Shown piece after piece: positions 62,849-64,000 of a DNA stretch of 64,000 nt; positions within the stretch are counted from its first letter, which is position 1, and every line of letters starts with the position of its first letter. The translations under genes were made by a program, and so were the position numbers. This DNA comes from Mobula hypostoma (lineage: Eukaryota): positions 247,134,001 through 247,198,000 of the forward strand of contig NC_086097.1 in NCBI RefSeq assembly GCF_963921235.1. Direction: 5' to 3'. The notes under the pieces are model-generated. The model saw only the letters and a program-made list of their open reading frames with translations. It had not been told where the DNA came from and made no database searches.

Positions 62849-63589
62849 ATTCTGCTCCTATGTCTTATGGTATTATGGTCTTATGGTCCAAGATTCATTA
62901 TAACAGAGTGCTTACGGAACTTTAAAATCATTCTGTTAGCACAATGATATTTCAATGAAAAGACTGATTTCCATATGGTCCGAAGGATCAAGGATCAACT
63001 TTATTCATCATATACATTTATATGTGTTAGGAATTTGCTGTGATGTGTTGGTCAGGGAGTGACATGGAACAAAAATCAACAATCAACACTAGAGATCCTG
63101 CAGATGCTGGAAACTCAGGGCAGCACGCACACTGAATGCTGGAGGAACTCAGCAGGTCAGGCAGCATCTATGCAGAAGTCAACATTTCATGAGACAACCC
63201 AATGAAGATTTTCCGCCTGAAGCGTCGACCGTTTATTCCTCTCTGTAGATGCTGCCGGAACTGCTGAGTTCCTGCAGCATTATGTGAACATTCATTAATT
63301 ATAAAGAACTATGTAAGCAATAAAGTTAGAAGTTATACCAGCATGCATTTACAACATAATCAGTATTATTAAAAGTGGTTTAAAGTGTTTACAGTACAGT
63401 GCAGTGATGGGGGTAACAGATAGGGAGGGGGGGCATCCAATGCTGTTTACTTTTTCCCATTAAATTGGTCACATGGGTGTAATCGGGCTCTGCAGGCACA
63501 GTAGGCCGGAAAGGCCTGTTCCCGTGCTGTATCTCTAAGTAAAATAAAATAAAGACACACTAATTGTGGAATCTCAAGAAGCGACAATA

Positions 63590-64000
63590 CGAGGGGTGAT
63601 TAATAAGTTCGTGGCCTAAGGTAAAAGACGTCAATTTCAGAAAACCTAGCACATTTATTTTTCAACATAGTCCCCTCCTACATTTACACACTTAGTCCAG
63701 CGGTCGTGGAGCATACGGATCCCTTCTTTGTAGAAGTGGTCCACAGCAGGGGTGATTGATAAGTTTGTGGCCTAAGGTAGAAGGAGACGAGTTATTAACT
63801 TAAAAGTTTCTGCATTATCACTCAAAGAGTTGAACTGCACGCACATGTAACGAGAGCTGTATAACTCATCTCCTTCTACCTTAGGCCACAAACTTATCAA
63901 TCACCCCTGCTGTAGACCACTTACTGGAGGTCCAAGACGCCGACTTCTACAAAGAAGGGATCCGTATGCTCCATGACCGCTGGACTAAGTGTGTAAATGT
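63590..64000. mobile_element. Mariner-derived palindromic MITE, truncated by the window edge
   Basis: TA followed by a CGAGGGG terminus and long inverted arms. The plus strand at about 63942-64000 reads DFYKEGIRMLHDRWTKCVN, a mariner transposase C-terminus. Confidence 0.82.

Noticed and set aside
1..64000. Prokaryotic defence, retron or DGR system suggested by the many RT ORFs
   Set aside because: All RT and endonuclease pieces belong to eukaryotic non-LTR or Penelope elements, and the window contains a spliced vertebrate gene.

Overview
This is eukaryotic, repeat-dense vertebrate DNA, most likely from a cartilaginous fish such as a ray or skate; that is an inference from the CR1, V-SINE, Rex1 and Penelope repeat mix. 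The only host gene I can support is the last coding exon of POU6F2 on the minus strand (59902-60406). It has two in-frame splice acceptors 108 nt apart, and its 3' UTR and downstream flank run leftwards. Most of the rest is nested mobile DNA: many CR1 LINEs (one near-intact, one full-length), L1, Rex1-like and RTE fragments, SINEs, Penelope-like (GIY-YIG) elements, Harbinger, hAT and mariner derivatives, a solo LTR and a 2.7-kb 19-bp minisatellite. Four observations stand out. (1) Every CR1 ORF1/ORF2 junction in the window (four copies) has a U_UUA_AAC slippery heptamer directly before the ORF1 stop, and its -1 frame enters ORF2, suggesting programmed -1 frameshifting. (2) The Penelope-like repeats carry minimal hammerhead-ribozyme motifs, including a recurrent core variant. 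(3) Two of these repeats inserted as asymmetric inverted units with target-site duplications (TSDs). (4) The 36-aa POU-domain insert isoform of POU6F2 is conserved. Element boundaries were read by eye and are approximate unless a TSD is quoted.
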